Positions 10,384 to 22,379 are shown, numbered from the stretch's first letter. The stretch: DNA of 41,835 bases from Nemertoderma westbladi (GCA_032718475.1 JAUCBJ010000745.1:1-41835), one strand, 5' to 3'. The notes: generated from the letters alone by a model not told the origin. Program-made: numbers and translations.

Positions 10384-12904
10384 AGTCAAGGACCAGCTGC
10401 ACGAATTCATGGAGCTATGTGAATCACAGGAGCCTCTAGCTCTCCCAGTACCTGAACAACAGCAACATCATAACAAACCTAAACCCACCAAACAAAAACA
10501 CACAGATCGACAAGAAGACTTTTTGGGGTTACTCATCTCCTCAAAAATAGAGGAAGGTAATATCAAGGCAGCAGCCCGCCTGGCATCTTCATCAGCCACC
10601 ATAGCACCAGCCAACCAGGCAACGTTAGATGCACTCATTGCCCTACACCCGACCCGACCACCTGAAGATCATATTGGGGTAACATCAATAGCTGATGCCA
10701 AAGCCCCAATCCTTGAGCTCTCTTACACCGACATCCGTAAGTCAATTAAAGCCTTTCCCGAAGGCTCCGCGGCAGGTCCAGATAATCTCAGACCTCAACA
10801 TCTGAAAGACCTCTGCTCCTTCTCCGTGGGTGATACAGCAACAGACCTCCTGAAAGGAGTAACCTCAGTTGCCAACTTGATGGTGAAAGGTGTTGTCCCC
10901 CAAGGAGTGCTACCCTTCGTTTATGGAGCCAAACTATGTGCTTTCTCCAAGCTCACCAGCGGAGTCAGACCGATTGCAGTGGGGTGCACCATACGCAGGC
11001 TCACTGCAAAGACATGCTGCAGGATAGCAATGCAGAACTCAGGACTCCAACTAGCACCACATCAACTCGGCAGTGGTACAGCCAGAGGAGCTGAGGCAGC
11101 AGTACATAGCGCTAGGCGATTCCTCCAGGAATCACAGGAAGCCAATGTCTTGGTAAAGGTTGATTTCGCAAATGCCTTTAATAGCATACATCGCAGCCAT
11201 GTCCTCAAGTCTATTCTAAACAACCTCCCGCCCCTGTATAACCTAGCTTACCAGGCTTATGAGCAGCCATCTCACCTGTTCTACCGGGACACAATTATCC
11301 CCTCAGATGATGGTGTGCAACAAGGTGATCCCCTGGCATCTCTCCTCTTTAGCAATGACATCCATGAGGTTGTGACAAACATAACAACCCCCATAAATAT
11401 CTGGTACCTAGATGACGGAACACTCGGAGGGAATGCTTCCAAAGTAGCCGCAGGCCTACACCAAGTCATCGCACAGGCAGCCAAGCTAGGGCTCACAATC
11501 AAGCCAACTAAGTGTGAACTGATTTTCGCTCCCAGCTTCCCAGAGGACCTTAAGACAACAACCACCGCAATCTTTGACAAGATAACGCCAGGCATTAAAC
11601 CAGTGGAGTTTGACAATTCGACCCTACTGGGGGCACCCCTAGGAGAATCAGCACTTGAAACCACCGTCCAGGAGAAGATAACTGACCTCACGCGATTCAC
11701 ACAACGACTACACCTACTCTCCTCCCACGATGCCCTCTTCTTACTTAGACACTGCTTCGCAATCCCCAAACTGATGCATATTCTCAGGTGCTCGCCATGC
11801 TTCATCTCACCAACCCTCCGACAACTCGACACCACAATCCGTCAAGCCCTCGAGGTGGCGACCAACTCTAAACTAGACGACACTGCATGGAAACAAGCTT
11901 CCCTCCCAGTATCACTCGGGGGGCTGGGCATTAGGAGTACGCGGGACGTTTCAGTACCTGCCTTTTTGGCATCAGTCTTCGGATGCACTCCCCTACTCCG
12001 AGCACTCCTCCCTCCTCATTTTGAAGGTAATACAGATCCAGCAATAACCCTGGCTATGACACATCTCCCCCCAGGAACAAGCCCACCACCCAACCCTTCT
12101 ATACAGAAAGCGTGGGACCACCCCATGAGCGTTATCCGGTTTGAAGAACTACTAGCAGCCGCTGGCACCCCCCTCAGCAAGGCTCGTCTGTTAGCCGCCA
12201 GGGCAGATCACTCTGGGGACTGGCTAAACGCCCTTCCAATATCTTCACTGGGACTCCGCCTCGAGGATGACCAACTACGAATTGGCGTAGCTCTCCGCCT
12301 AGGCACTACAATTTGCACTGAGCATGAATGTAGGAGCTGCGGTACTCAAGTAAACACCTCAGGTGTACACGGACTAAGCTGCATCCACAACTATGGCAAA
12401 TACACCCGCCACGCTGAAGCGAACGACATCATCCACCGCGCCCTTAACTCAGCCGGTATACCATCCACCCTAGAACCAAGAGGCATGACGAGAGATGGGA
12501 AAAAACCTGATGGAATGACTCTGTCACCATGGTCAAAAGGCAGGATGCTTGTTTGGGACTATACATGTAGGGATACCCTAGCGACATCCTACCTCCCCAC
12601 GACGTCCCAGACAGCCGGAGCAGCAGCAACCGCAGCAGAGCGTGTAAAGGCACACAAATACGCTGACCTATGCCATGACTACCACTTTGTGACTATAGCT
12701 ACAGAGACCCTCGGACCCATTGGTGCCGAAGCAACCAGCACCATTCGTGAGATAGGGAGGAGGATCGCCCATACCACTGGTGAACCCCGGTCCACAGCTT
12801 TCCTCCACCAACGCCTATCCATGGCAGTGGTAAGAGGAAATGCCACCGCAGTCCTCGGCACCTTCCCCTCTAACAGAAACCTAGACGAGATTTTCCTACT
12901 TTAA
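10313..12904 (+). CDS. CRE polyprotein C-terminal part: reverse transcriptase, CCHC knuckle, PD-(D/E)xK endonuclease
   Basis: GVRPIAVG, VDFANAFNSI, GVQQGDPL, WYLDDG, QASLP..GGLG, CRSC..HGLSC, RH, KPDG, VWDYT, KAHKY, ETLG, QRLSMAVVRGNA. Frame is open from 10313, +1 relative to the upstream ORF, overlapping a C9 run at 10317-10325. Confidence 0.93.
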   Translation, partial: GSPPQVHKRRKGNPGLLEKSLTSKVKDQLHEFMELCESQEPLALPVPEQQQHHNKPKPTKQKHTDRQEDFLGLLISSKIEEGNIKAAARLASSSATIAPANQATLDALIALHPTRPPEDHIGVTSIADAKAPILELSYTDIRKSIKAFPEGSAAGPDNLRPQHLKDLCSFSVGDTATDLLKGVTSVANLMVKGVVPQGVLPFVYGAKLCAFSKLTSGVRPIAVGCTIRRLTAKTCCRIAMQNSGLQLAPHQLGSGTARGAEAAVHSARRFLQESQEANVLVKVDFANAFNSIHRSHVLKSILNNLPPLYNLAYQAYEQPSHLFYRDTIIPSDDGVQQGDPLASLLFSNDIHEVVTNITTPINIWYLDDGTLGGNASKVAAGLHQVIAQAAKLGLTIKPTKCELIFAPSFPEDLKTTTTAIFDKITPGIKPVEFDNSTLLGAPLGESALETTVQEKITDLTRFTQRLHLLSSHDALFLLRHCFAIPKLMHILRCSPCFISPTLRQLDTTIRQALEVATNSKLDDTAWKQASLPVSLGGLGIRSTRDVSVPAFLASVFGCTPLLRALLPPHFEGNTDPAITLAMTHLPPGTSPPPNPSIQKAWDHPMSVIRFEELLAAAGTPLSKARLLAARADHSGDWLNALPISSLGLRLEDDQLRIGVALRLGTTICTEHECRSCGTQVNTSGVHGLSCIHNYGKYTRHAEANDIIHRALNSAGIPSTLEPRGMTRDGKKPDGMTLSPWSKGRMLVWDYTCRDTLATSYLPTTSQTAGAAATAAERVKAHKYADLCHDYHFVTIATETLGPIGAEATSTIREIGRRIAHTTGEPRSTAFLHQRLSMAVVRGNATAVLGTFPSNRNLDEIFLL

Positions 12905-15780
12905 TAGCGATTACCTCCTGCACGACGAATAGATGCCTTTTATTATTCCTTTCCCTTTTTTTTATCACATTTTAGCTCATATCACATTTTATCAAAATTA
13001 GTATTGTTGTCTTCTTAATTTGTTTTTTTAGAGTAGCATTATCATCTGCAGGCCCTTCTTGCTCGCCACCCCTACACAAACTTATTTAGGTTATATAAAA
13101 TGTCCCATTATTCTTATTATTGTAATATTATGTACAGATTACTTTTAGCTAATATTGTCAATTTATTGTTAAGTGCATTTCCTGTTCATTTTCGAGTACA
13201 TATTTCTTTATATAATAATAATATTTTCTTATTTCGTAATTTCGCATTTAGGCAGTTCTCGTGAAATAACGATATTGGAAATATATAAATAATAAAATAT
13301 GCCCGTTGCTATGGTAACAATAGAAAAATGACTTCGCTTGTGATCATGAATGTTGACCCTATAACATATTGTTATGCACCTGAAACACATATGACATGTT
13401 TCTGACGGATATTCTACATATTACGAAATGATTCCCGTTGCTATGGTAATAAGAAAAGACCTGCTGCATCGGTAAATAATTGTCTTGGGTTATGAACATG
13501 TAAGGTAATTGACCCTAAATTGATTTCTTTTTAAACTGATAGTAACTAAATGTAAAGTGATGAAACATTGCACAAGGTTATTTTTTGCTAGTTTCCATGG
13601 ATACATGGCAACTTCTAATCAATTTTTAAGGCGCCACCATTAAAATTATAGAGGGTTATATAGATATTATAGAAGGTTAGAATTCTGCAGAGTCAATAGA
13701 AAATGGTGTTTTGCAAATAACCTCCTGTTGCCATGGTGAAACGGGACCCAAAAATGCACAATTGAGCTTGGCATCAGACGGATTCGGAATCAGCACACTC
13801 GATTTAGCTAAAAACCGTTGGATGCCAGCCAATACCCAGATTTGCCTTCGCCATCACTTTCTAGGCGTATTTTCAGGATTTGGGACCAGACTATATTGGA
13901 AACAAAGTGAATTATAACTTTGATAAATAAAATTAATAACAATTCTAAATCTCTTGGAAACATAATTAATAAAAATTCCAGAACTTATTAAATATTAAAC
14001 GAAAATTACGCTAAACCGACAAACTTTGACACACAATTTCAACTGTTCCTACATTTATCACATTTCTAACGATAATTCCCACCGTGCATACCCGGTACTC
14101 ATATTCATATTGGAGAAATCGTTTTTAACAGGCTCTATGGACCCAAAGAATACTTTTTCCATTACTTTTGGGGGGGGGGGGCTGCTTGTAACAGCGTTGA
14201 AATGCGGGACCGCAATCTACCTCGCGTCGCTTGCTGCTCAACGACAGTAAAAAACGATTTACCAACCACACAATTACCAAAACTTTTGAATAAAGTCGAT
14301 CGCTGAGTCTTCCACGTACAGTTCAGTCATCGAAACGAGAATTATATAAAAGCAGGTTACATCGCTCAAACTATAGATGAAATCAGGTTACACAGAATAT
14401 TTCCAGTTTCCAGAATGTTATAATTATAAATTCAACACATAACTATATTTAAGCATTGTTGAACTTTAAGTCACTTATTTCTACGAACTTTCAAATTATT
14501 CATTAGTACACATCTGCTCATCTATCAGCAATTTCTCAATTCTCAATTCTTCTTGAGAAGCATTTTGTACTAGCTAGAATATTTTTAGAAAGTAATTTTT
14601 GTTTTTTTGAAACATATGTAGATGAAATGGTATTACTATGTTATGGTAATTCCAAATAGAACTATTTCACATTGTTGTTTTATATATTCTTTTTAGGTGC
14701 AATTTATTAAATTTACATTTCACTACGACCAGACACACTGACCGACTAACGCACAACCATGAGTGAGTATACCATCAAATACCCAGATAAATCGGACATG
14801 TTTGATCCAGAACAAATCCTTTAGTTCATCTGAAAGACGAGTGCATAGCTATTAAAAATAAATTAGATGATAAAATACTCTGCCCAATTTCAGAATTCGA
14901 AACCATACAAGAGACAATTTTTTAAGTTCAGCACATAAATCAAAACATAAACTCGACGACTGTTATTCAGCCATATCTTGCCGTCTTTCTAAAAAAAGGG
15001 CATCAAAAGAATTGAGTGATATTTTACAGGACTATCAAGAAACCGTTATAACTTATAATGTAATTGTTAAAACCATCAATCTTCTCAAGGGAAATCTCGG
15101 AACTACTGACACCATTCCCGCGGTGAGTGAGACCTCCAACTCTAACTGCTGCAATTCAGATAACTCTAGTATAAGACGTTTACGACAGCTTAAATTGTCT
15201 GAATCCCAGGCTCAAAACCAAGTCCAGAAATATAAATTGAACTTGGAAGCAGAAAGTCCCAAAACAGCAAACAACCCTGGGACATATTTTCATCCATATA
15301 AATTCTAATCTAAATCCCCTTGGAAATTTAATTGATCAGAATGCTCACGTTTTCCCATCCAAAACAATTCAGATTTCGACAGCTGCTAATGTCAACCTTT
15401 CCAGCAGTAGTATTTATTACGTATTAATTTATTAAGTAGTATTTATTAGTAATTATGAAACACTTTATTGATTCTTACATCACTTGTGCCAGTTGGCTAC
15501 GGTTTGAGTTGCCACAGTTCATATTCAGATGAAAATATGGAAATATGGACAGATGAATGCGTACGCTGTGTTGTAAGTCTTCAGCAATAAATATTATAGA
15601 TATTAGACTTTCGGAACAAGTGTAGTAGTATGGAAGGTAACAGACATGATGGATTAGGTTTAATATGGGCCGATCCACTAACTACAACTAATAAAATCGG
15701 CAATTGTCCGGTCACGCCCGGATGATCAAGGGAATCAGTAGGGTTGGTGCACGAAAAAATTGTTGGGCTAGAAACAATCG

Positions 15781-17070
15781 AATAAGGGGTAACAAGGTTC
15801 CCTGAATCGAGTGGCGGCGTGTGTGATTTTTGTAAAAACATGAAGAATCGGTCGAAATGGCGGGTTTAAGTAAGCCTGGGAAGCTAATTTTGAAAATCGG
15901 CTGTGATTGGCTGTTACATATTTGACATCACGTCACTTAGCAGTGCTCAGATAATTTCTTATATAGTTTTCTATGGGTTGATTTTCGATCGATTTAAATA
16001 CACATTTAATCTACATCATTGTAAGGTTCAATAATTTTCGTGCACAATAAAGTCAATTGATTAAGATTAATTAAGAAAACAATATGAACAATGTGAAATA
16101 AATTCGAAATATAATTTTAGCTTTAGACAAATGTTTAATTTACAAATTGTATAATTAATATTATTACAAAATTGATTGCATAAGTTATATCTATGTAACT
16201 ATAATATATACCAGTCACCACAAAAGTTTAAGCAAAGGCTGACTGACTAAAGGTCATTCAACAATATTTAATGTTTAAAGTTTAGAGTTTAATGATTGTC
16301 AATTAATGAGTTCATCAATAATTTGATATGTTTCGCTCTACAATCATTTCACACCTGGCTTATATCAATTGAAATCGGAGAGTCAAGCGCGTCTTTTAAC
16401 ACTACAAACACTTATAAATAATACTGTTTGCAATTTTGCACACTTGGTAGATTGCCTGACCCTGTATGCAAGAACTAATCAACTCAGCACTAGCCACCTA
16501 TTGCATTGCAGTATCGGAATAGGCATATTGCTTTATTGTTGCTTAAGTTCATAACGTTGAGTAAACCTACCGCTGTACAACTCTTATGCTACCGGTGACC
16601 GGTACACATTTCAACTTAATGAACTTAAAGCTGCAATACAGGAATACTAAGATACTGCAATGCAATAGGTGGATAGGGCTGAGTGGTTCAGTACTATTTG
16701 CATACCGGTCAGGCAAACTGCGAGTTTATAATTGTGAATTGATTCATTTTATCAATATTATTTTCATCATCATGAATTTAATTAATTGTAGTGCTAAAAT
16801 ACGCGCAAGACACTCTGTTTTCACATGTGATGAAATGATTGAGATTAAATGTATATTTGAATGGATCCAAAATCACCCTCCATAGAAAACAATATAAGAA
16901 ATTGTCTGAGCACTGTGTAGTGACGTCAAATATGTAGAAGCTAATCACAGCCGATTTTCAAAATCATTTTGACTTCCCGCGCTTTTAAACCAACCATTTC
17001 GAACGTTTCCTCGTGATTTTATTAAAAACACACCCCACCACTCGATTCAGGGCACCTCGTTACCCTTTAT
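15781..17070. mobile_element. Non-autonomous foldback/MITE-like element with outer and inner inverted repeats
   Basis: 15781-~16010 (ATAAGGGGTAACAAGGTTCCCTGAATCGAGTGG...) pairs with ~16845-17070 (...CCACTCGATTCAGGGCACCTCGTTACCCTTTAT); 16452-16515 pairs with 16651-16716. Confidence 0.8.
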
Positions 17071-17955
17071 ACCTCTCGCAAGTAGGCCCATTAATTAATT
17101 TATTACTATAAAGATAGCTATAGATGGTCACTGCTGCTTGAACTCAAAGGTCGAACACATCTCTTCGAAATGATAAAAACACAACCCAGGTACTAGCTGT
17201 ATGTTTGGCATTATGTTATAAAGTGCACTGCTGTTGGCTTTAGGATGGCAATATTCATAGATCAGAATTAGTTACAGTATTACTCTCTCACTAACTGTAT
17301 GTTTGTAATAGAAATTACTGTAGCCAGCTGTTAGCGCCTCTGTCGAAATCCAATGTAAATATTTATTAGGTAACTGAGTGTGGGGCGAGCCACGAAGTGA
17401 GCGAATCCTTAGCATATGGGTCCCATTAACGAGTTGTCTGTCGTCGTCGTCGTCTCATAGTTTTTTATTTTTTCAAGTGATTTGCGTTAATAAATGTATT
17501 TTTAATTGATTTCAACATAATTAACATTGTAAATTCATACGCTGATTCTATTCTCCCCCATAGAGCCTAAGGCATGGCAAGGGCAGCCGTGCCCAATAAT
17601 ATTTCTTGAAGTTTTACATTACTAACAAGGCAAGCTAAAGTCATTAACCAAGCCAGTCCCTAGGCTAGCACACAAGGACATGGCCTAACCTGTAGTAGTC
17701 TAGTAGAAGGAATAGTGTTCCTTCAATACATCTCAACAGACATCAATTCATTTGCCTGTGCCTACCAACGCGTGCTCCATAACATAACATATATCCTTGA
17801 TTTCCAATCACCTCTCACCACAATTATTATTAGTAATTAAAAGTTTCAATTCGGTTTGTCTTTCCGTTATCTGGTTATTCAGTTATTGCATTATTAATAA
17901 ATAAATGTTTTAAAATATATCTTATGAAATATGGTTAATAATTAGAACTTGTCGC

Positions 17956-18490
17956 TAACATTCTCGCTATGGGGGTCCTGATTACATTTCTGATGTCAGT
18001 TTTCACGTTTACATAAATCTAGTCTGTCTGTCTGTCGGTCATTCTGTTAGTCAGTCTGTTAAAACATAAAAAATAATTCAAATTAACTAACATTCTCGCT
18101 ATGGCGGTTTTAAGGGGTGCGGATTTCATTTCTGATGTCAGTTTTCAGGTTTACATAAATCTAGTCTGTCTGTTTGTCGGTCTATCGGTCTTTCTGTCAG
18201 TCAGTCAGTCTGTCAAAACTTAAAAAAGAATACAAACTAACTAACATTCTCGTTATGGGGGTTTTAATGGGTGCTGATTTCAATTCAGATGTCAGTTTTC
18301 ACGTTTAATAAATCTAGTCTGTCTGTCTGTCGGTCTTTCTGTCAGTCAGTCTGTCAAAACTTAAGAAAGTATACTAACTAACCAACATTCCCGCTATGGG
18401 GGTTTTAAGGGTTGCTGATTTCATTTCTGATGTCAGTTTACACGTTTACATAAATGTAGTCTGTCTGTCTGTCGGTCTTACTGTCAGTCT
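17956..18490 (+). repeat. Four 130-155 bp tandem units containing (GTCT)n/(GTCA)n microsatellites, Helentron/HINE-like core
   Basis: CTAACATTCTCGCTATGGGGG...TCTGATGTCAGTTTTCACGTTTACATAAATCTAGTCTGTCTGTC at ~17956, 18087, 18241 and 18382. Family assignment is inference. Confidence 0.75.
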
Positions 18491-19084
18491 GTACTACTGT
18501 ACTGTGGTTGGCATTACGCCATATACCTAACATTGATAATACAGTCTACAATACAACCTATCTACAGTACAGAATGGATTTTTTCCCATGAAGAGCACTA
18601 AATGTCTTTAATACTGTCCACCAGTATACCTAGACCAAGAAAGAGTCTTCCAATAAAACATGTATTCAGCATGACGTCCACTCCACTGCACTGGAGGTCA
18701 TAGGCTCTAAGGGGTTAAGCAACACGGTCCCTACTTCGCCCTGTCGACACCCCAGCCATTTTTCACCAATCCTTTTTTAGAGTTTTTTTTAATTTTTTTG
18801 GTAATGGTGAAAGTTCTAGAACATTAGTAGATATGTTTTTTATGATAGCTAGTATTTTTAGAAATTATAAAAAATGTGAAAGTCCATGATATTTCAGGTT
18901 AAACTGTTGAAGAATATATTAATGACCATAATAATTTCCTAAAATTACTAGCTAGTAAAAAATACTAGCATTAAACCATAAAAAATCTACTAAGGTTCTA
19001 GAACATTCACTAATAATATAAAAAAGCACTCAAAATCACAAAAAAATAAAGGTTAAAAAACTCATTCGGGACCCTTTTGCTTAA

Positions 19085-19206
19085 AGCCCTGTTTACACTT
19101 GGCAACTTTTAGAGCAACTTTCTCGGCAACTTGTAGAGCAAACCAGGTTGCCGATCAAGTTGCTCCGTGTAAACACGTAAAAAAGTTGCCGTAAAAGTTG
19201 CTCAAC
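19085..19206. mobile_element. Palindromic MITE end fragment (PIF/Harbinger-like)
   Basis: AGCCCTGTTTACAC ... GTGTAAACAC enclosing GCAAC/GTTGC repeats arranged as an inverted set. Confidence 0.45.
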
Positions 19207-19521
19207 TTTTTTTTTATTTAAACTGGGTATTATTATGCCTGAATAATTAAATAGAAATTAAATCAATGAACGCTATTTCAACATGAAATCTACGGAATCA
19301 ATACACAACACACGCACACTACTGAATTTAAAAATTTATATAGATTGCAACTTATATTTGGCTACCTTTTAATGGGTGACTAATTTAATTATTCACCCCT
19401 ATATATTTGTAGCCTTTTTAATTTGTGCCTTTAATTGAATCAAACATTAAACTAAAATATATGTTACAATATTGATCTGTCTGTAGCTGGTCAATGAATC
19501 TCTCATAAATTTGTTAATTAG

Positions 19522-19815
19522 TCGCTGCTCTGTCATTGAACATTTGAACACGTGCTGCTCGAAGACCCCACAACGTGTTGGTTTATTGCCCGACAATGTT
19601 ATTATTTCAGACTATGACCGACCATAGACCACCATGGCGGAATCCCTCCAACCACAATGCCGATGTGTTTAGCTAAAGACGCCGAAGATTACCTATCTGA
19701 CACTGAATGCGACACAATAGAGACCTACATTTGTGCTGCAGCAATAAGCGCCTTTAATGTACCCCAAGACACTTCTTGTAGCGCAACTTGCTGTGATGAA
19801 GACCTTTGCAACTAA
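19522..19815 (+). pseudogene. Ly6/uPAR (three-finger, LU-domain) exon with two in-frame TGA codons
   Basis: SLLCH*TFEHVLLEDPTTCWFIARQCYYFRL*PTIDHHGGIPPTTMPMCLAKDAEDYLSDTECDTIETYICAAAISAFNVPQDTSCSATCCDEDLCN*: 10 Cys in one frame ending in CCxxDLCN. TGA at 19537 and 19615. Confidence 0.7.
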
Positions 19816-20085
19816 AAATTAATTCTTCAAATAGAATAGGACTATCTACTTTCTTTTTGAATGTTAGGTGATGTTATTTAAAAATAATAAAAAGGTCTCT
19901 AAAAAACAACTAACTATTTGCCTGTGTAAAGTATATACAACTACATTATATATATCTTCTTAAAAAAACAATAATTCAAATATATTTTCTCTTAAATATA
20001 TTATTTTATTTGGCAATTAATAAAGTATGCCTTACAGGTATCTATCGCTCGTTCCAAAATCACTTATTTAACGGGTGAATGCTAC

Positions 20086-20345
20086 TGTAGCGTGTGAGCT
20101 ACTGGACGTATCCATACTTCTTCAGTATAAAATAATAAGTATGACTGCTAAAGTATCTATCAATGTTATTGCGATAATAATAACAGACGGTCAGAAGTGG
20201 CTAGCTACCGCACACATGCAGACTCGAGATAATAAACCTAATATCTATATAGTACAGATCAGTTCTGTGTTACCGGTAAAGTCTCTCTCTATATATATTC
20301 TAGGGGAAAAGGGGGGGGGGGGGGGGGGCACCGGCCACCACTATA
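20086..20345 (-). repeat. 3' LTR (260 bp)
   Basis: Near-identical to 22350-22608; differs by one substitution (GCGATA/TCGATA) and within the A/G run. Confidence 0.95.
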
Positions 20346-20360
20346 GACTCCCCCGCCTAG
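20346..20360 (-). promoter_or_regulatory. Polypurine tract
   Basis: CTAGGCGGGGGAGTC immediately before the 3' LTR on the minus strand. Confidence 0.8.
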
Positions 20361-20477
20361 ACGCGGAGCGTGCAATATAACAAACACAAAGCAAATAATA
20401 TGGTAAAATCCTAAACGAATTATAAAACAATAACTAAAAAAAAACGAATTGCTGCTAGGTTACGTATTACTCGATAG

Positions 20478-21123
20478 TCATGAACAGTACAGTACGTTAT
20501 CATCAAAACTGACTGTTTTGGTGGGTTTTGGACGTGGATGGTTTGAGACCGGACTATTGGTCTGAGTTTCGGTAATATCTTCCTTCCTCGATTTTACTGG
20601 TTTAGATACACCCTCGTAAACTGGTTTTAATCGGTCGATGCTCACAGTATCTTTGTGCTTGCCATTCTGCAGAACATAGAATTTGGGATGTCGTTCCAGT
20701 ACAACGTAGGGGCCGGTGTACGGGGCTTCTAGGGAGCGCTTCACTCTATCTACCCGAACCCAAACTCGGTAGCAGCTTTCTAATCCTGCTGGCATGTAAG
20801 TTCGCTGTTGTGCCAGTACTCGCGGAGGTCGAAATTCCATCTCTGCCATATTCTCGCGTAGTCTCCCTAGGAAGTTTTTTGCTTCTGTTGAAGACAGATG
20901 GGCTCGTTGCGATGTGAGAGCTAAACTGGGTATTAAGGGGCGGGTTCCAGTAACCATCTCGAACGGACTCGGGAACTCATCCGTAGTATGAATGCGCATT
21001 CCGAATAGAACCAGGGGAAGAGATCTGATCCAATCTGTACCGCGGGCTCGTATAGCACTTTTAAAGGTTCGGTGACGGCGTTCTATGAAACCATTGGCCT
21101 GTGGGTGGTAGGCTGTTATCCTT
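20478..21123 (-). pseudogene. Integrase C-terminal half
   Basis: RITAYHPQANGFIERRHRTFKSAI...WIRSLPLVLFGMR...SLEAPYTGPY...VSIDRLKP; the HHCC domain and both catalytic Asp are missing. Confidence 0.9.
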
Positions 21124-21124
21124 A

Positions 21125-21461
21125 GTCGGTGGAAACCGATAATCGTAGATATTTCAGCAAAGAGTGCGCTTTCGAACTGTGGTCCTCGATCGGTAACCAG
21201 CAGAAACCGGTAGTGTCACCTCCACCATATTGCAGCACACCTGCGGCGGCGCTTCCCTCAACAAATTCTACCAGGATCCAAGAAACAAAGGGGGACAAAG
21301 TTTCCGGTACCAGTGGCTCATCCTTCGCCAACGATTACTCCAGTATCTAGACGCCCTTGAGTGGATGCTGGCAACCGGACAGGGTGTCGTTCTAGAACGA
21401 TCCATATTCTCCGACTGGGTGTTCTTCGAGGCCGCCAAACGGTGCGGTTACCCGAGAGTTT
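21125..21461 (+). pseudogene. NDUFA10: Captured fragment of NADH dehydrogenase subunit NDUFA10 (deoxynucleoside-kinase fold)
   Basis: [60 protein letters not shown] aligns with recalled mammalian [60 protein letters not shown]. The upstream RYFSKE...GNQQKPV in another frame plausibly continues the match. Confidence 0.9.
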
Positions 21462-22379
21462 GTTTCCCGACCCGCCCCGGTTCGGACTAGAGGCGCGACT
21501 GTTGTTTCGACTACCGGTATCAGATATCGGAGGTTTGGCTGCGGGCCAGGCGCACCAACGGCGACAGCTTCTGGCGCTATCGCCGTAATATATGTGAGAT
21601 CGACATATCTGAGGTCGCTGGCCTTCTCGGAATGGTGCCACGCCTCTGTAGGGGTCAAAGGATGCAGATCGGGGTGGCGTTGGTGAATAATATTGGTTGT
21701 AATAACTATCGGAACGGTTGAGATTATTTGGAGGCGAGTTACGGGGGAACCCCTCCGGTTTATCGCTTCCACGGCGTCCTGATATCGCCATTACTTGTTC
21801 TGCTGTCCGGTTAGCTGAATTGGATAGTTCGTGGATGCTGTCTGCTACCGCAGCGAAATCCTTAGCATTTAAGTGTTGATGGCCCGCCAGTGCGGTTCTC
21901 TCGTTGGGTGGCATTGCCTGAAGAAGCTTGTGTTTTATAATATCTTCTTCGCAAGGGAGGCCGCATTCGGATAATTGTTTTTCGATGCGACGGAGGCAAA
22001 CGGTTGGTTTCTGTCCTTCTAGTGATATCGAACCGAGTGCTTCTTCCAGTAACTGCTGGCGGCTTTTGTGGAAAGCGGCGGTGAGCTCGGCTTTCAATGA
22101 TTCGTAATCGGTATGTTGGCCGGTAATTACGGCGACGTCTTCCGGTAGCGCCGCCATCACGTGGTGGTATTTTGTTGTACTCTGCGTTACTCCGTTGACG
22201 GCGAATTGGGATTCCAACTGGTGGAACCACGTGGATACGTTGTTGCGGTAAAAAGGCGGCGGTTTTATGGAAATCCTTGCGATTGTTGGATTTGAAGTAG
22301 CGTTCACGGTAGGTTGTGGATTGTGGGCGAGATTGTCCGGGTCACCATTTGTAGCGTGTGAGCTACTGGACGTATCCAT
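21318..22379 (-). CDS. gag: Gag (CsRn1-type) reading through into captured sequence
   Basis: [33 protein letters not shown] and CHCC knuckle [18 protein letters not shown]. Gag ends at SGN (GGGAAAC, 21462-21468); the last ~47 codons are antisense NDUFA10. Confidence 0.88.
   Translation of the reverse strand: MDTSSSSHATNGDPDNLAHNPQPTVNATSNPTIARISIKPPPFYRNNVSTWFHQLESQFAVNGVTQSTTKYHHVMAALPEDVAVITGQHTDYESLKAELTAAFHKSRQQLLEEALGSISLEGQKPTVCLRRIEKQLSECGLPCEEDIIKHKLLQAMPPNERTALAGHQHLNAKDFAAVADSIHELSNSANRTAEQVMAISGRRGSDKPEGFPRNSPPNNLNRSDSYYNQYYSPTPPRSASFDPYRGVAPFREGQRPQICRSHIYYGDSARSCRRWCAWPAAKPPISDTGSRNNSRASSPNRGGSGNKLSGNRTVWRPRRTPSRRIWIVLERHPVRLPASTQGRLDTGVIVGEG
22335..22347 (-). promoter_or_regulatory. 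Primer-binding site, tRNA-Trp type
   Basis: TGGTGACCCGGAC two bases after the 5' LTR; compare the known tRNA-Trp PBS TGGTGACCCCGAC. Confidence 0.85.

Larger units (their letters stand above)
7542..13265 (+). mobile_element. Full-length-looking CRE-clade (RLE-type) non-LTR retrotransposon, 5.72 kb
   Basis: Flanked by a perfect direct repeat ATAACGATAT (7532-7541 and 13266-13275); removing it restores the Academ arm. No TIRs or LTRs; encodes RT plus restriction-like endonuclease. Confidence 0.85.
5016..13893 (+). mobile_element. Decayed AcademX-like DNA transposon with long inverted arms, interrupted by the CRE element
   Basis: 5016-5831 is the reverse complement of 6871-7541 plus 13276-~13395. 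Internal XPG/FEN-like remnant. Candidate right terminus ...GGGACCAGACTA at 13893 fits the TAG...CTA ends described for Academ. Left terminus not found. Confidence 0.65.

Noticed and set aside
11281-11835. Antisense ORFs within CRE, RTE and Gypsy pol
   Set aside because: Shadow frames of real coding sequence with no independent motifs.
14759-15308. Coding exon or gene (ORF 15012-15308 and upstream ATG)
   Set aside because: Stops in the ATG frame, no recognisable motif and no convincing splice pair.
20075-20380. Duplicated small gene (also 22267-22638)
   Set aside because: Antisense translation of the two LTRs.
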